Of a stretch of 64,000 nucleotides of DNA, positions 9,309 to 19,202 are shown one piece after another. The notes under the pieces were generated by a model. The model was not told the DNA's origin. It saw only the letters and a list, made by a program, of their open reading frames with translations, and did not search any database. Source of the DNA: an uncultured Spirochaetota bacterium (GTDB lineage Bacteria; Spirochaetota; Spirochaetia; SZUA-6; Fen-1364); assembly GCA_963781885.1 (NCBI GenBank), contig CAWAHW010000007.1, positions 352,001-416,000 of the forward strand. The letters run 5' to 3'. The position numbers and the translations under genes are program-made. Within the stretch, counting starts at the first letter, position 1; each line of letters opens with the position of its first letter.

Positions 9309-10730
9309 TCAGCCCGCGCGGGCCTTGTGCCGCTGGACGTGCGGGGCAAGGAACTCGGCATGGATCGTACGGAGCGCGAGTGAGTGGTTTTTTTCCTCGA
9401 TCACGAAGGAGATGTTCCGCTCCGAGGAGCCCTGCGCGATCACCAGGATGTTGATGCCCGCCTTTCCCAGCGCGCTGAAGAGCCTTCCCGCCATGCCCGG
9501 CGTTCCGTGCATGTTCTCCCCGATCACCGACACGATCAGGAGGTCGCGGATGAGCTCGAAGCGATCGATGCGCCGGGTGGTGAGCTCCGGCGCGAGCTCC
9601 CGGTTCAGCGCCGCGAGCGCGCGCTCGCCCTCCGCCGTGCGGAACACAAGGCAGATCGTGTGCTCGGAGGATGCCTGGGAGATCATGATGATGTTGATCC
9701 CGTCCCGGGCGAGCGCGGCAAAGATGCGCGCCGCGAAGCCGGGGATGCCCATCATGCCGCCGCCCTCGATGTTCACGATCGATATCCCGTCGATGGAGGC
9801 GATGCCGGTGATCGGCCTGCTCGCGTCGCGGGTGATGGCCGACGCGGCGGCGATCGTCGTGCCGGGCGCGTCGGGATTGAGGCTGTTCTTGATGAGGAGG
9901 GGGATGTTCTTCTCCACGGCCGGAACCATCGTGAAGGGATGGATGACCTTTGCCCCGAAATAGGAGAGCTCCATCGCCTCCTCCGAGGTGATCTCAGGGA
10001 TGACGAAGGCATCGGGGACGATGCGCGGGTCCGCCGAGAGCACGCCGTCCACGTCCGTCCATATCTCGATCAGGTCGGCGTCCGCGCCGGCGCCGACGAT
10101 GGAGGCCGTGTAGTCGGAGCCGTTTCTGCCGAGCGTCGTCGTGACGCCCCTTGGCGTCGCGCCGATGAATCCTGGGATCACGGCGATCCCCGCGATGCCG
10201 GCAAGCTTCGCGTGGATGAGGGCGTAGCTGCGGGGGAAATCCACGGACGCGGCGCCGAAGTGTTCGTCGGTGCAGATGAGCTCCCGCGCGTCCAGGAGCG
10301 CGGCGCCCATGCCCTGCGCGTTCATGTATGCGGCGGCGAGCACGCACGAAAGCCTCTCCCCGAAGCTCATGACGAGGTCCATCGTGCGCGCCGAGCATTC
10401 CCGAATCAGCTCCACCCCATGGAGTATCTCTTCGAGCTCGTTGCACATGACGGCAAGCGACGTGAGCGCGGGCGACTGGTCGGCGGGACCGAAGAGCAGG
10501 CGCGCGGCGTCGAAGTGCTTCGCCCGGATGGACGAAAGGATGTCCTCCTGGCCGCCGCTGCCTTCCTCCGCCGCGCGCGCGGCGGCGATGAGCTGGTCGG
10601 TGACGCCCTTCATCGCGGAGAGCACCACCGCGACCTTCTCCGTCGCCGCCGCCCGCTTGATGATCCCCGCGACACTGCGGATGCGCTCGCCGTCGGCGAC
10701 GGAGCTTCCGCCGAACTTCAATACTTTCAC
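9309..10730 (-). CDS. Aspartate kinase (ThrA-like kinase plus ACT domains, no homoserine dehydrogenase domain)
   Basis: VLKFGGSS, TTLGRNGSDY, WTDVDG, two ACT repeats. Confidence 0.93.
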   Translation of the reverse strand: MKVLKFGGSSVADGERIRSVAGIIKRAAATEKVAVVLSAMKGVTDQLIAAARAAEEGSGGQEDILSSIRAKHFDAARLLFGPADQSPALTSLAVMCNELEEILHGVELIRECSARTMDLVMSFGERLSCVLAAAYMNAQGMGAALLDARELICTDEHFGAASVDFPRSYALIHAKLAGIAGIAVIPGFIGATPRGVTTTLGRNGSDYTASIVGAGADADLIEIWTDVDGVLSADPRIVPDAFVIPEITSEEAMELSYFGAKVIHPFTMVPAVEKNIPLLIKNSLNPDAPGTTIAAASAITRDASRPITGIASIDGISIVNIEGGGMMGIPGFAARIFAALARDGINIIMISQASSEHTICLVFRTAEGERALAALNRELAPELTTRRIDRFELIRDLLIVSVIGENMHGTPGMAGRLFSALGKAGINILVIAQGSSERNISFVIEEKNHSLALRTIHAEFLAPHVQRHKARAG

Positions 10731-10736
10731 GACTGC

Positions 10737-11150
10737 CTATTCCCCCATGACCTTGATGATGACCCGCTTGGGCCTTCTGCCGTCGAACTCCGCGTAATAC
10801 ACCTGCTGCCAGGGGCCCAGGTCCAGATGCCCGTCCGTGATGGGAAGGATGACCTCGTGGCCGATGAGGAGATTCTTCAAGTGGCTGTCGCCATTGGATT
10901 CCCCGGTCCGGTGATGGCGATAGTCGGCCTTCCGCGGCGCCAGCATCTCAAGCCATTCGTCGATGTCCTGGATGAGCCCCTGCTCGGCATCGTTCACGTA
11001 GACCGCCGCGGTGATGTGCATGGCCGAGACGAGGACCATTCCCTCGCGGCATCCGCTCGCGCGGACGGCGGCTTCCACCTTTTCGGTGACGTTGACGTAT
11101 TCGCGCTCCTTGCGCGTATTGAACGTAAGATATTCGGTATGAAACTTCAT
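10737..11150 (-). CDS. yjbQ: YjbQ/UPF0047 family protein
   Basis: [33 protein letters not shown]. Confidence 0.9.
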   Translation of the reverse strand: MKFHTEYLTFNTRKEREYVNVTEKVEAAVRASGCREGMVLVSAMHITAAVYVNDAEQGLIQDIDEWLEMLAPRKADYRHHRTGESNGDSHLKNLLIGHEVILPITDGHLDLGPWQQVYYAEFDGRRPKRVIIKVMGE

Positions 11151-11236
11151 CCGCTGTCTCCGTGCTCCTGTGCACGCTACACTGTCTGGCGACCGCGGGT
11201 CTACCCGCGCCGCCGGCGGTCGCGCAGTGCGGCGGG

Positions 11237-12127
11237 CTATGCAGCGCGTACCTTCATCGCCGACCACTTCTTCCACTGGTACCACTGCTCGGGATTCTGG
11301 GTGACGTATTTCTGCCACAGTCCGAGGCAGTCCCGGGCCGTGCTTTCGGGCTTCGCGACCACCGACACGTCCTCGAGGATCAGGGTGTAGCGGCCGTGCC
11401 CGGTCCGCTTGAGGAAGGCGGCCACGACGGGGGCGCCGGACCTGTGAGAAAGGACATCGATGGTGTTGTCGAAGAAGAGCTCGCGACCGAAAAGGGTGAT
11501 GGTCTGGCTCTTGCGGCGTCTCCACGCGTCCACCTCGTCGCACTGGGTCATGAGCACCCGGTTGGCCTTCAGGGACTGCATGGCGCGCAGGAAGATGGAG
11601 CCGCCGTACGCGGAGGAGATGAGCTCGGTATCCCTGTTGGCGATCTTTTCCTGGAGGCTCTTTGCAAGCTTGGCCGTGGCGCATTCCAGGATCACGCTGG
11701 TCGGGACCGACTCCCCGTGGAGAACCCAGGGGATGAACTCGACCGCTCCCCAGTGGGCCGTCACCAGGATGCAGCCCTTGCCCTGCTCGAGCGCCTTGTG
11801 GAGGAGCTCTGCGCCTTGCACCTCGAAGTGATCGCGGACGTACTTGTTCACCGTCGGATAGTCGAGGTACGCGGAGAACATCTTTTCGAAGTAGTGAGTG
11901 AAAATGCCCTTGAATGTCTCCCGCACAACCGTGCGGACGTAGCTTTCGTCCTGCCCTGCCAGCACGTCACGGACGTTCCGCTCGATCACCCGCTTCTCGT
12001 GGCGGTTGATGAGGTAATAGAGGAAACCGATGGTGTGCAGATAGCGCTGGGCGACCCGGGGGCTCATGTGCCGGAACAGGAAAATATTGACCGGCGACTG
12101 GAAGAAAACGGAGATGTTCAGCTTCAT
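11237..12127 (-). CDS. LpxL/HtrB-like lipid acyltransferase
   Basis: [15 protein letters not shown] (Hx4E), [15 protein letters not shown]; AGGAG RBS before ATG 12127. Confidence 0.85.
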   Translation of the reverse strand: MKLNISVFFQSPVNIFLFRHMSPRVAQRYLHTIGFLYYLINRHEKRVIERNVRDVLAGQDESYVRTVVRETFKGIFTHYFEKMFSAYLDYPTVNKYVRDHFEVQGAELLHKALEQGKGCILVTAHWGAVEFIPWVLHGESVPTSVILECATAKLAKSLQEKIANRDTELISSAYGGSIFLRAMQSLKANRVLMTQCDEVDAWRRRKSQTITLFGRELFFDNTIDVLSHRSGAPVVAAFLKRTGHGRYTLILEDVSVVAKPESTARDCLGLWQKYVTQNPEQWYQWKKWSAMKVRAA

Positions 12128-12202
12128 AAAGATCCTCCTAGGGGTGGTTTTGATGAATTCCACCACAGGAAGAATGGAGATGCAAGCTTTTTTTTACGTA
12201 AT

Positions 12203-14044
12203 TTACTTTTTGGGGGAACCGCTTAAATTTTCCGACATGACGACCGATTCATACACGTCGAGGAAGGCATCGCCCACCCTTTCTGAGAACTGGGTGTTCA
12301 TGTTTTTGCGAATTTCCCGGGCAGCCTGCTTCGATGGCATTCCCTTGCGGTAGGGGCGGGACGAGGTCATTGCATCATAGGCATCCGCGATGGATACGAT
12401 CTGGGCGCCCAGCGGGATGTCGTCGCCGGCGAGCTTGTCCGGGTAGCCCCGCCCGTCCCACCGTTCGTGGTGGTTGCGGATGAGGTACATGTGACTCCTG
12501 ATGAACTCGATGGGCTCGAGGATTTCCACGCCCTTGAGGGGATGCTTCTGGATGATCTTGAACTCGGCGTCGGTGAGCGGCTTGGGGCTGCGGACGATGG
12601 ATTCGGGGATGCCGATCTTGCCCACGTCGTGGAGGATGCTGCCGAAGCGCAGATATTCGATCTCGGTCTCGGAGAGGCCGAGCTTGCGGGCCACTTCCAC
12701 CGCCATGCGGGCCACCCTTTCCGAATGGCCGCGTGTATAGGTGTCCTTCTCCTCGATTGCCTGCACGAGCGCCCGCACGGCGCTCACGTAGCTCGTCTTC
12801 AGCTCCTCGTCCAGGCGCGCCCGCAGGAAGACCGTGGCGAGGTTGTTCGCAAAGATGGAGAGGAACTCCGTGTCGCTGTTCGTGAGCCTCTTGTCGTTGC
12901 CCCGGCGGTCCGCGCCGAGGATGCCGATGATCCGATCCTCCGCGCGAAGAGGACAGATGATGAAGGAGCTGGGCCTGAAATCCGCCAGGATCCGGTTCGT
13001 CGGGTTCAGCCCCGCGGCCTTCACGTCGCGGATGAGCACGGGTCTGCCCCGCTTCACGACCCTCACCATGAGGTTCTGGTCCCGCGTGAGGGGGATGCGA
13101 TAGCTGCGGAGCCGGTCCATCGCCTCCGTGGATTCGCCCACGCCGTAGCTGTACTCCAGGTATTCTTCCGTCGCGTTCACGAGCATGATGATCGCCCGGT
13201 CGAAGCCGAACACCTCGACGATCGGCGTCATGGTCTGCTGGAGCACCTGGCGGGTGTCGGCGACGGAGACCATGGTGCGCGTGGCGTTGTTGATCGCCTT
13301 CAGCATGGTCACCTTCTGGCTCAGCTCCGCGTTGAGCAGGGACAGCTCGTCGTACTTGTCCCGCAAGAGCGCCTTGTCGCGGTCGATCTCCTGCAGCGCC
13401 GTATAGAGGTTCGACTTGCGCGTGATCAGGCGCGAGAGCAGGCTGCGGAAGCGCCCCCATCCGACGCTCCAGGTCAGGGTGATCTCGCAGAACGGCTGGC
13501 CCTCGAACTGGCAGGAGCTTTCCACCACGTGCGCCGCCGGCTGTCCCCAGATGGTCGGGATGGCGCTGTAGATGCCCTTGTTGTAGGAGCAGACGTCCTT
13601 GGACGATGTGACCGTATCGCGCCAATGCCAGCGGATCACCGCGCGGCCGGGCGAGTCGTAGAGCAGCTCCACGATCTTCGTGCTGTTGAGCTTCGTGTTG
13701 AGGAGGTTCATGCGGCGCAGGGCGAGTCGCGGCGAGGAGAATATCTTCATGAAGATGTTCTGCCAGTAGCCGAACTCCCTGTTCAGCACGGAGTCGAAAC
13801 CGATCTCGAATCCGACGTCAGGGTTCTTCGTGATGAGGCGCGCCCTCTCCAGCAGTCCCACGAAAAAGCCGGAAGGGATCCAGTTGTTCTCGTCCGTGAG
13901 GAATCGCTCGAGCTCCGGCATCTCGGCCCAGGGAGAGGGAAGGGCGTGCAGCAATTCCCCCAGCGATGACGGATGCTTCTTGCGAATGTACTCTATGATC
14001 GCCCTGCTGTTGAGGCAGCTGACGTTGTTGCCTTCCTGCGGCAC
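12203..14044 (-). CDS. HD-GYP c-di-GMP phosphodiesterase with N-terminal V4R/H-NOX-like sensor, coiled coil and GAF domain
   Basis: EEKDTYTRGHSERV, LHDVGKIG, HHERWDGRGYP, ADAYDAMTSSRPYR; GAF (GFDRA...CPLRAEDRIIGIL.AD); DVC..KG...VESSCQFEGQPFCE V4R-like motif. Confidence 0.9.
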   Translation of the reverse strand: MPQEGNNVSCLNSRAIIEYIRKKHPSSLGELLHALPSPWAEMPELERFLTDENNWIPSGFFVGLLERARLITKNPDVGFEIGFDSVLNREFGYWQNIFMKIFSSPRLALRRMNLLNTKLNSTKIVELLYDSPGRAVIRWHWRDTVTSSKDVCSYNKGIYSAIPTIWGQPAAHVVESSCQFEGQPFCEITLTWSVGWGRFRSLLSRLITRKSNLYTALQEIDRDKALLRDKYDELSLLNAELSQKVTMLKAINNATRTMVSVADTRQVLQQTMTPIVEVFGFDRAIIMLVNATEEYLEYSYGVGESTEAMDRLRSYRIPLTRDQNLMVRVVKRGRPVLIRDVKAAGLNPTNRILADFRPSSFIICPLRAEDRIIGILGADRRGNDKRLTNSDTEFLSIFANNLATVFLRARLDEELKTSYVSAVRALVQAIEEKDTYTRGHSERVARMAVEVARKLGLSETEIEYLRFGSILHDVGKIGIPESIVRSPKPLTDAEFKIIQKHPLKGVEILEPIEFIRSHMYLIRNHHERWDGRGYPDKLAGDDIPLGAQIVSIADAYDAMTSSRPYRKGMPSKQAAREIRKNMNTQFSERVGDAFLDVYESVVMSENLSGSPKK

Positions 14045-14133
14045 ACTTATCCCTTCACGCCCCTACGGCTGGAAATGGACTACTCCCCACACGTCTTGTA
14101 TCGGCAATGAGAGTATCAGAATTCTCCTATATT

Positions 14134-14157
14134 GTGGAAAAATCCTTATTTTTCTAC
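14134..14157. promoter_or_regulatory. Palindromic operator-like site between divergent genes
   Basis: GTGGAAAAAT-CCTT-ATTTTTCTAC, 9/10 inverted match in an AT-rich intergenic region. Confidence 0.5.
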
Positions 14158-14287
14158 GATAAAATCAGAGTCGCGATTTGAAGCCTCTTCCTATCGCAGT
14201 CATATAAAGAACTGCGCCGCGCATCGCATGGGCAGCTTGCGTCCCGGTTGCGAAGATTGTAGCATCCACACCTTGAGGAGCGAGAAA

Positions 14288-15433
14288 ATGAGGATCGTGA
14301 GCGCCACGCTGCATTTCCTGCAGATCCCCTTTCGCCTGAGCATCAGCCATGGCGCCCGGGTCGGGCGGACCTTTTCCGATTCCATCGTTCTCCATGTCGA
14401 CTGCGGCGGGGTCGCCGGATACGGCGAGGCCGTGCTGCGGGAGTACGTTTCCGGCAGCCTCGGAGGGCCGGAAGGCTTTGCCGAGCAGGCCGCCGCGGTC
14501 GTTTCCGGCTTCCTCGCGCCTTTGCGCGATCGGACCTTCTCGTGGGCGGATGCGGCAGAAACACTCGCGGGCTTTTCCTGCGGGCCGGCGGCCCTTCCCT
14601 TGCTCTGTGCCGTGGAGTCGGCGCTCCTCTCCTGCGACGCCGCGGAGACGGGCCGGGACCCCTGGTCGGTGCTGGGCATGGAGCCCGTCAGGAAGAACGT
14701 GGTATACGGCGGCGTCCTCCCCATGCTCCCGCTCGAAGCGGCCGGAAAATACATCGAATTGTGCGCCACCCTCGCGCTCCCCAATCTGAAGGTGAAGGTC
14801 GGGACGGACCTTGGCTACAACGAGGCGATTCTTTCGCTCTGCCGGAAAAGATTGGGCGACAGGTGTGACATCCGCGTCGATGCGAACGCGGCCTGGACGA
14901 CCGCCGACGCCGAAGACCAGGCCGACATCTGCGCGCGCCACGGCGTCCGGGTGATCGAGCAGCCGTTTCCCGCGGCCGCGCGCGACACCGATGCCGCCGC
15001 GGCGCGCCTGGTGCGGAGCGGCTTCCGGCTCATGGCCGACGAGGGCGTGCTCACGCCGGAGGATCTCTCCTCGCTGGCCGGCTCGGGGCTCGCGCAGGTG
15101 TTCAACCTGCGCCTGTCGAAAAACGGCGGGCTCCTGCGCTTGCTTGCACTGGCGCGCGAGGCTGACGCCCGCGGCCTTTCCTGTCAGCTCGGCTGCATGG
15201 TGGGCGAGACGGGCATCCTCTCCTGCATGGGACGACTGGCGGCATCGCTCATGCCGCGGCCCCTCTACGTCGAGGGAAGCTACGACGACCTGCTGCTGGA
15301 GAAGAACATCACCCGGCCGAGCTTCAGCTTCGGGCGCGGCGGGATCGCCCCGCTCCCGCGCGAACCGGGCATGGGGTATGTCATTGACGCGCAGAGTCTT
15401 TCGGCATTCAGCCGCGAGACGCGTCCGGTGTGA
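14288..15433 (+). CDS. Enolase-superfamily (MLE/MR subgroup) enzyme of unknown specificity
   Basis: GYGEA, LKVKVG, VDAN, IEQP, ADE, NLRLSKNGG, GCMVGE, PGMG; GAGGAG RBS. Confidence 0.88.
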   Translation: MRIVSATLHFLQIPFRLSISHGARVGRTFSDSIVLHVDCGGVAGYGEAVLREYVSGSLGGPEGFAEQAAAVVSGFLAPLRDRTFSWADAAETLAGFSCGPAALPLLCAVESALLSCDAAETGRDPWSVLGMEPVRKNVVYGGVLPMLPLEAAGKYIELCATLALPNLKVKVGTDLGYNEAILSLCRKRLGDRCDIRVDANAAWTTADAEDQADICARHGVRVIEQPFPAAARDTDAAAARLVRSGFRLMADEGVLTPEDLSSLAGSGLAQVFNLRLSKNGGLLRLLALAREADARGLSCQLGCMVGETGILSCMGRLAASLMPRPLYVEGSYDDLLLEKNITRPSFSFGRGGIAPLPREPGMGYVIDAQSLSAFSRETRPV

Positions 15434-16013
15434 AGCCGAGCCCGATGAAGTAGGTTTCCATCGATTCCGACCTGCTCGCTTTGGGCTTGAACGCGCGCGC
15501 CGTGCCAAAAAGGCGCCGCATGCTCTCCAGCACCTCGCGCTCCTCGCCACCCTGGAAAATCTTCAGGACGCAGTTGCCCCCCGGAGTGAGGCTCCGTGCA
15601 CAGAAGGCGAGCACGGTCCGGGCGATCTCCGCGGACCGCGCGGTGTCGCGCGTTCGATTGCCGGTGGTGGAAGGGGCCGCGTCCGACACGACCAGGTCGA
15701 AGGGCCCCGCGGAAATGATGCTCCCGCTCACGGGCTCGGTCGTGAAGTCGCCCTGCAGGAAGCGGTAGTTCTTCCGCGCAAGGAGCTTCGCGTCCGGCTC
15801 GTTCAGGTCCACGCCCATGACGCTGCCCGCGCCCGCAAGCGTGTCCAGGAGCCAGAGGCTCCAGCTTCCCGGTGAGGCGCCCAGGTCGAGCACGCGGGTT
15901 CCCGGCCGCACGACCCTGTACTTCTGCTGGATCTCCTGGAGCTTGAACACGGACCTCGCGGGGTATCCCTCGTCCTTCGACTTCTGCCAGTAGTAGTCCG
16001 GTTTCTGCGCCAT
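15408..16013 (-). CDS. rlmE: 23S rRNA Um2552 methyltransferase
   Basis: GYPARSVFKL, LDLGASPGSWS, VSDAAP, KPKASRSESMETY. Confidence 0.95.
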   Translation of the reverse strand: MAQKPDYYWQKSKDEGYPARSVFKLQEIQQKYRVVRPGTRVLDLGASPGSWSLWLLDTLAGAGSVMGVDLNEPDAKLLARKNYRFLQGDFTTEPVSGSIISAGPFDLVVSDAAPSTTGNRTRDTARSAEIARTVLAFCARSLTPGGNCVLKIFQGGEEREVLESMRRLFGTARAFKPKASRSESMETYFIGLGFTPDASRG

Positions 16014-16085
16014 CTCGTCTCACCGTAACAGATCGCGCGCGTGCCTCACAAGGTGGCGGCACTCCGCCTTCGCGCGGAGTACCGC

Positions 16086-16145
16086 GCTACGCCTCCTCCC
16101 GGCCGTCCCTGGCCTCGTCGGCCTCGCCATCCATGGCTACGGCCC
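16086..16145 (+). repeat. Dispersed intergenic palindromic repeat, copy A
   Basis: GCCTCCTCCCG-GCCGTCCCTGGC-CTCGTCGGCCTC-GCCATCCATGGC-TACGG; related to copies at 20400 and 21311. Confidence 0.7.
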
Positions 16146-16182
16146 TGTTGACTCGCCCGGGGGGGCATCGTACTTTGGCTTC

Positions 16183-16818
16183 ATGGCCAACATTCTGCGC
16201 CGACCGATCAAGTACTCGTACTACAACGCCACCATCATCCTGATCGTGGCCAATATCCTCGTCTTTCTCTTCAGCTTCGTCGACAATCAGCACATCCTGG
16301 TCTACGCCTATCTCATCCCGGCGTACGTGCTCCAGGCAGGCTGGTGGTGGCAGGTCGTGTCCTATATGTTCGTGCACGCCGGCTGGGCGCATATCTTTTT
16401 CAACATGCTCGCGCTTTTCCTCTTCGGCATCCAGCTCGAGCGGCGCATGGGAAGCACCGAGTTCCTTCTTTTCTACTTCGTCTGCGGCATCGGCGCGGGC
16501 ATTTTCACCGTGTTCTTCAACAGCGCCACCGGCCAGGGCATGATCCCCGTGGTGGGCGCATCGGGGGCAATATATGGCCTCCTCCTGGGATTCGCCGCCT
16601 TCTTCCCCGACGCCCGGGTCTTCATCTTCGGCATCCTTCCCATGCGCGCCCCGGTGATGGTGGCGGTCTACGCGGGCATCGAGATCGTGTCGCAGTTCAC
16701 GGGCTGGAACGCGGGCGTCGCGCACCTCGCGCACCTCGCGGGCCTGCTCTTCGCGTACCTCTATCTCGTGGTCCGCTTCGGCATCAATCCCATCAAGGTC
16801 TTCTTCCACAAGACGTAG
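16183..16818 (+). CDS. Rhomboid family intramembrane serine protease
   Basis: WQVVSYMFVH, HIFFNM, GASG, AHLAG. Confidence 0.95.
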   Translation: MANILRRPIKYSYYNATIILIVANILVFLFSFVDNQHILVYAYLIPAYVLQAGWWWQVVSYMFVHAGWAHIFFNMLALFLFGIQLERRMGSTEFLLFYFVCGIGAGIFTVFFNSATGQGMIPVVGASGAIYGLLLGFAAFFPDARVFIFGILPMRAPVMVAVYAGIEIVSQFTGWNAGVAHLAHLAGLLFAYLYLVVRFGINPIKVFFHKT

Positions 16819-16840
16819 CACCCGATACTCTAGACAGCGG

Positions 16841-17500
16841 ATGCGTGCCCTTGTGCCCTCCCTCCTCATTCTCTTCCTCGGTGTGCAGGCCGGCGCGGCC
16901 GACCGGCTCTTCGTGCGTCCCTGGATCGAGCTGGAGCCCGTCGTCCGCATCGACCCCGTCCATTACCCGCTGCCGCTGGACGTCGCGGAGAAGGACGTCC
17001 TGGAAGTGGGCCGGGGGCTCGTTTCCGACATGATCTATGGCTGGACATTCACCTACATCCCCAGCGACAAGGCGCGTCAGGTGGCGGAGACATTCACCCT
17101 CACACCGGTGGCGCAGGTCGCCTGGGGCAATCCCCGGCTCCGTGTGACGGAGACGGAAGTCTCCGATACCCGGCTGTGGGCGCGCATTGCGTATTCCCTT
17201 GACGACGAGGAGGCCCTCCGGCGGTCCGCCTGGGACAGCAATACCACCGACCTGTCGACGGGCCGCGGCTCCGTGAGCGTCATGCAGGGACCGGCCGGGC
17301 GCGAGGCGTCACTGGAGGCCGCCATACGGGATGCCATCCGCCTGAGCCTCGACGCGCGGTGGGTCAACAAGCCGCGCCAGATCGACGGCGAGGTGGTCCT
17401 GTGGGACGATCCGGTGACCGTGGTGCGATCCGGCACCTACACGACGGTCGCGAAGATCAAGCTGCTCGTCCGCGAGCTCGTTCCCTATAGAATTTTCTGA
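16841..17500 (+). CDS. Exported hypothetical protein
   Basis: Signal-peptide-like N-terminus, coding-like codon usage, co-oriented between rhomboid and oppA. Confidence 0.7.
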   Translation: MRALVPSLLILFLGVQAGAADRLFVRPWIELEPVVRIDPVHYPLPLDVAEKDVLEVGRGLVSDMIYGWTFTYIPSDKARQVAETFTLTPVAQVAWGNPRLRVTETEVSDTRLWARIAYSLDDEEALRRSAWDSNTTDLSTGRGSVSVMQGPAGREASLEAAIRDAIRLSLDARWVNKPRQIDGEVVLWDDPVTVVRSGTYTTVAKIKLLVRELVPYRIF

Positions 17501-17522
17501 TCGGAAACACTATCTTCATTTC

Positions 17523-19130
17523 ATGCTGAAAAGAGGGTTTCTTCTTCTGCCGGCCCTCCTCGCGGCGTCCGCGGGCGTTTTCGGGGCATCCAATGGCCCC
17601 GCGAACCTCCCGGTCCGCGAGTTCGTCCTTGCCAATACCACGCTCGATCCGAATCTCGATCCGCTTCACACCTATACGACATTCGAATCGCAGTTCTACA
17701 CCGCCATCTACGAAGGTCTCGTGGATTCCGACCCCAGCACCCTGGCGCCGGAACCGGCAACCGCGGCAAGCTGGCAGACGTCGGATGACGGCAAGACCTG
17801 GACGTTCCAGCTTCGGCCGGACGCGCGGTACTCCAACGGCGACAAGGTGCGCGCGCAGGACTTCGTCGCCGCCTGGCTTCGCATGCTCGATCCCGCCAAC
17901 AACGCGGAGAACTCCTATCTCCTCGACGTCATCAAGGGCGCGCGCGCCTACCGGACAGGGGCGTTGAAGGACGCGAGCCAGGTCGGCGTCAAGGCACTTT
18001 CCGATTCCGTGCTCGAAGTGGACCTGGAAAGCCCCGCGGCGCACTTCCTGAAGCTCCTCACTCATTTCGCTTTCCTGCCGCTGCATCCGTCTCTTGTCAA
18101 TTCCACGGGCTGGAACAAGGCGCCGACGGTGATCGGCAACGGTCCCTACGTCATCAAGAGCCGTACCGCCACGGACATCATCCTTGAAAAGAACCCGTAC
18201 TACTGGGACCTCGCGAAGCTCGGGCTGGACCGCCTGCGCATCCATTTCATGGACGATGCCAATGACGCGACGGACGGGTATATCACGGGCAAGTACAACT
18301 GGGTCACGCAGGACCTCGTGAGCTTCGACAAGTTGGAAGCGAACGACAAGGTGGAAGTGGAGCCCCAGTTCGCCACGACCTACCTGTATTTCGTCTGCGC
18401 GCAGCCGCCGTGGAACGATTTTCGCGTACGGCGCGCGCTCGCTCTGCTCGTGCCGTGGGACAAGATCCGCACGAAGGACAGCTTCACCTTTCCGTCGGAG
18501 CTGCTCGTGCCTTCCATTCCCAACTATCCCACCGTGCAGGGCATCGCCAGCCAGCAGATCGACGAGGCGAAAAAGCTCCTCGCGGACGCGGGATTTCCCG
18601 ACGGCAAGGGACTGCCCCCGCTCGTGATCAAGATCAGCTCGGCGAGCACGGGCCTGAAGAAGCTCCTCCAGCAGGCGGCCGACGCGTGGAAATCGCTCGC
18701 GGGTCTCGACGTGCAGTGGAAAGAGGTGGACCCTGACGCCTACTTCAGCGAAATCCACAATTTCGACTACACGCTCGCCGAATCCTCGTGGATCGGCGAC
18801 TACGCGGATCCGCTCACGTTCCTCCAGATGTGGACGACCGGCAGCAATCTCAACGACGCACGGTTCTCCGACGCCGACTACGACAAGGCGGTGAATGAAG
18901 CGATCTCCATGACGGACAGCCGCAAGCGCTACCAGAGGCTCGCGGACGCGGAGCAGATCCTCCTGTCCAAGGCGGCGGTCATCCCGCTGGACCATCAGCC
19001 CTCCGTCAACCTGATCAACACGAACGCCATCGGCGGGTGGTTCCCCAACCCGTTGGACATCCACCCGTTCAAGTTCCTCACCTTCAAGGGCAGGACGAGC
19101 CCTCCGGGCATCGCCATGGCGGGGGACTGA
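17523..19130 (+). CDS. oppA: Oligopeptide ABC transporter substrate-binding protein
   Basis: LDP, IYEGLV, SDDGKTWTFQLR...SNGDKVRAQDF, NGPY, WIGDYADP. Confidence 0.9.
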   Translation: MLKRGFLLLPALLAASAGVFGASNGPANLPVREFVLANTTLDPNLDPLHTYTTFESQFYTAIYEGLVDSDPSTLAPEPATAASWQTSDDGKTWTFQLRPDARYSNGDKVRAQDFVAAWLRMLDPANNAENSYLLDVIKGARAYRTGALKDASQVGVKALSDSVLEVDLESPAAHFLKLLTHFAFLPLHPSLVNSTGWNKAPTVIGNGPYVIKSRTATDIILEKNPYYWDLAKLGLDRLRIHFMDDANDATDGYITGKYNWVTQDLVSFDKLEANDKVEVEPQFATTYLYFVCAQPPWNDFRVRRALALLVPWDKIRTKDSFTFPSELLVPSIPNYPTVQGIASQQIDEAKKLLADAGFPDGKGLPPLVIKISSASTGLKKLLQQAADAWKSLAGLDVQWKEVDPDAYFSEIHNFDYTLAESSWIGDYADPLTFLQMWTTGSNLNDARFSDADYDKAVNEAISMTDSRKRYQRLADAEQILLSKAAVIPLDHQPSVNLINTNAIGGWFPNPLDIHPFKFLTFKGRTSPPGIAMAGD

Positions 19131-19202
19131 GGACCGGAATCCCATCGCCCTGCGCACCCGCAGGGACGCATCTGAGCGACGACATCTGAGGAGGAAGGTG
19201 AC

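Noticed and set aside
9384-11390. Long antisense ORFs (also 17457-19157, 44836-46644, 57835-59778 and others)
   Set aside because: Shadow frames of real genes, expected at high GC; no recognisable motifs
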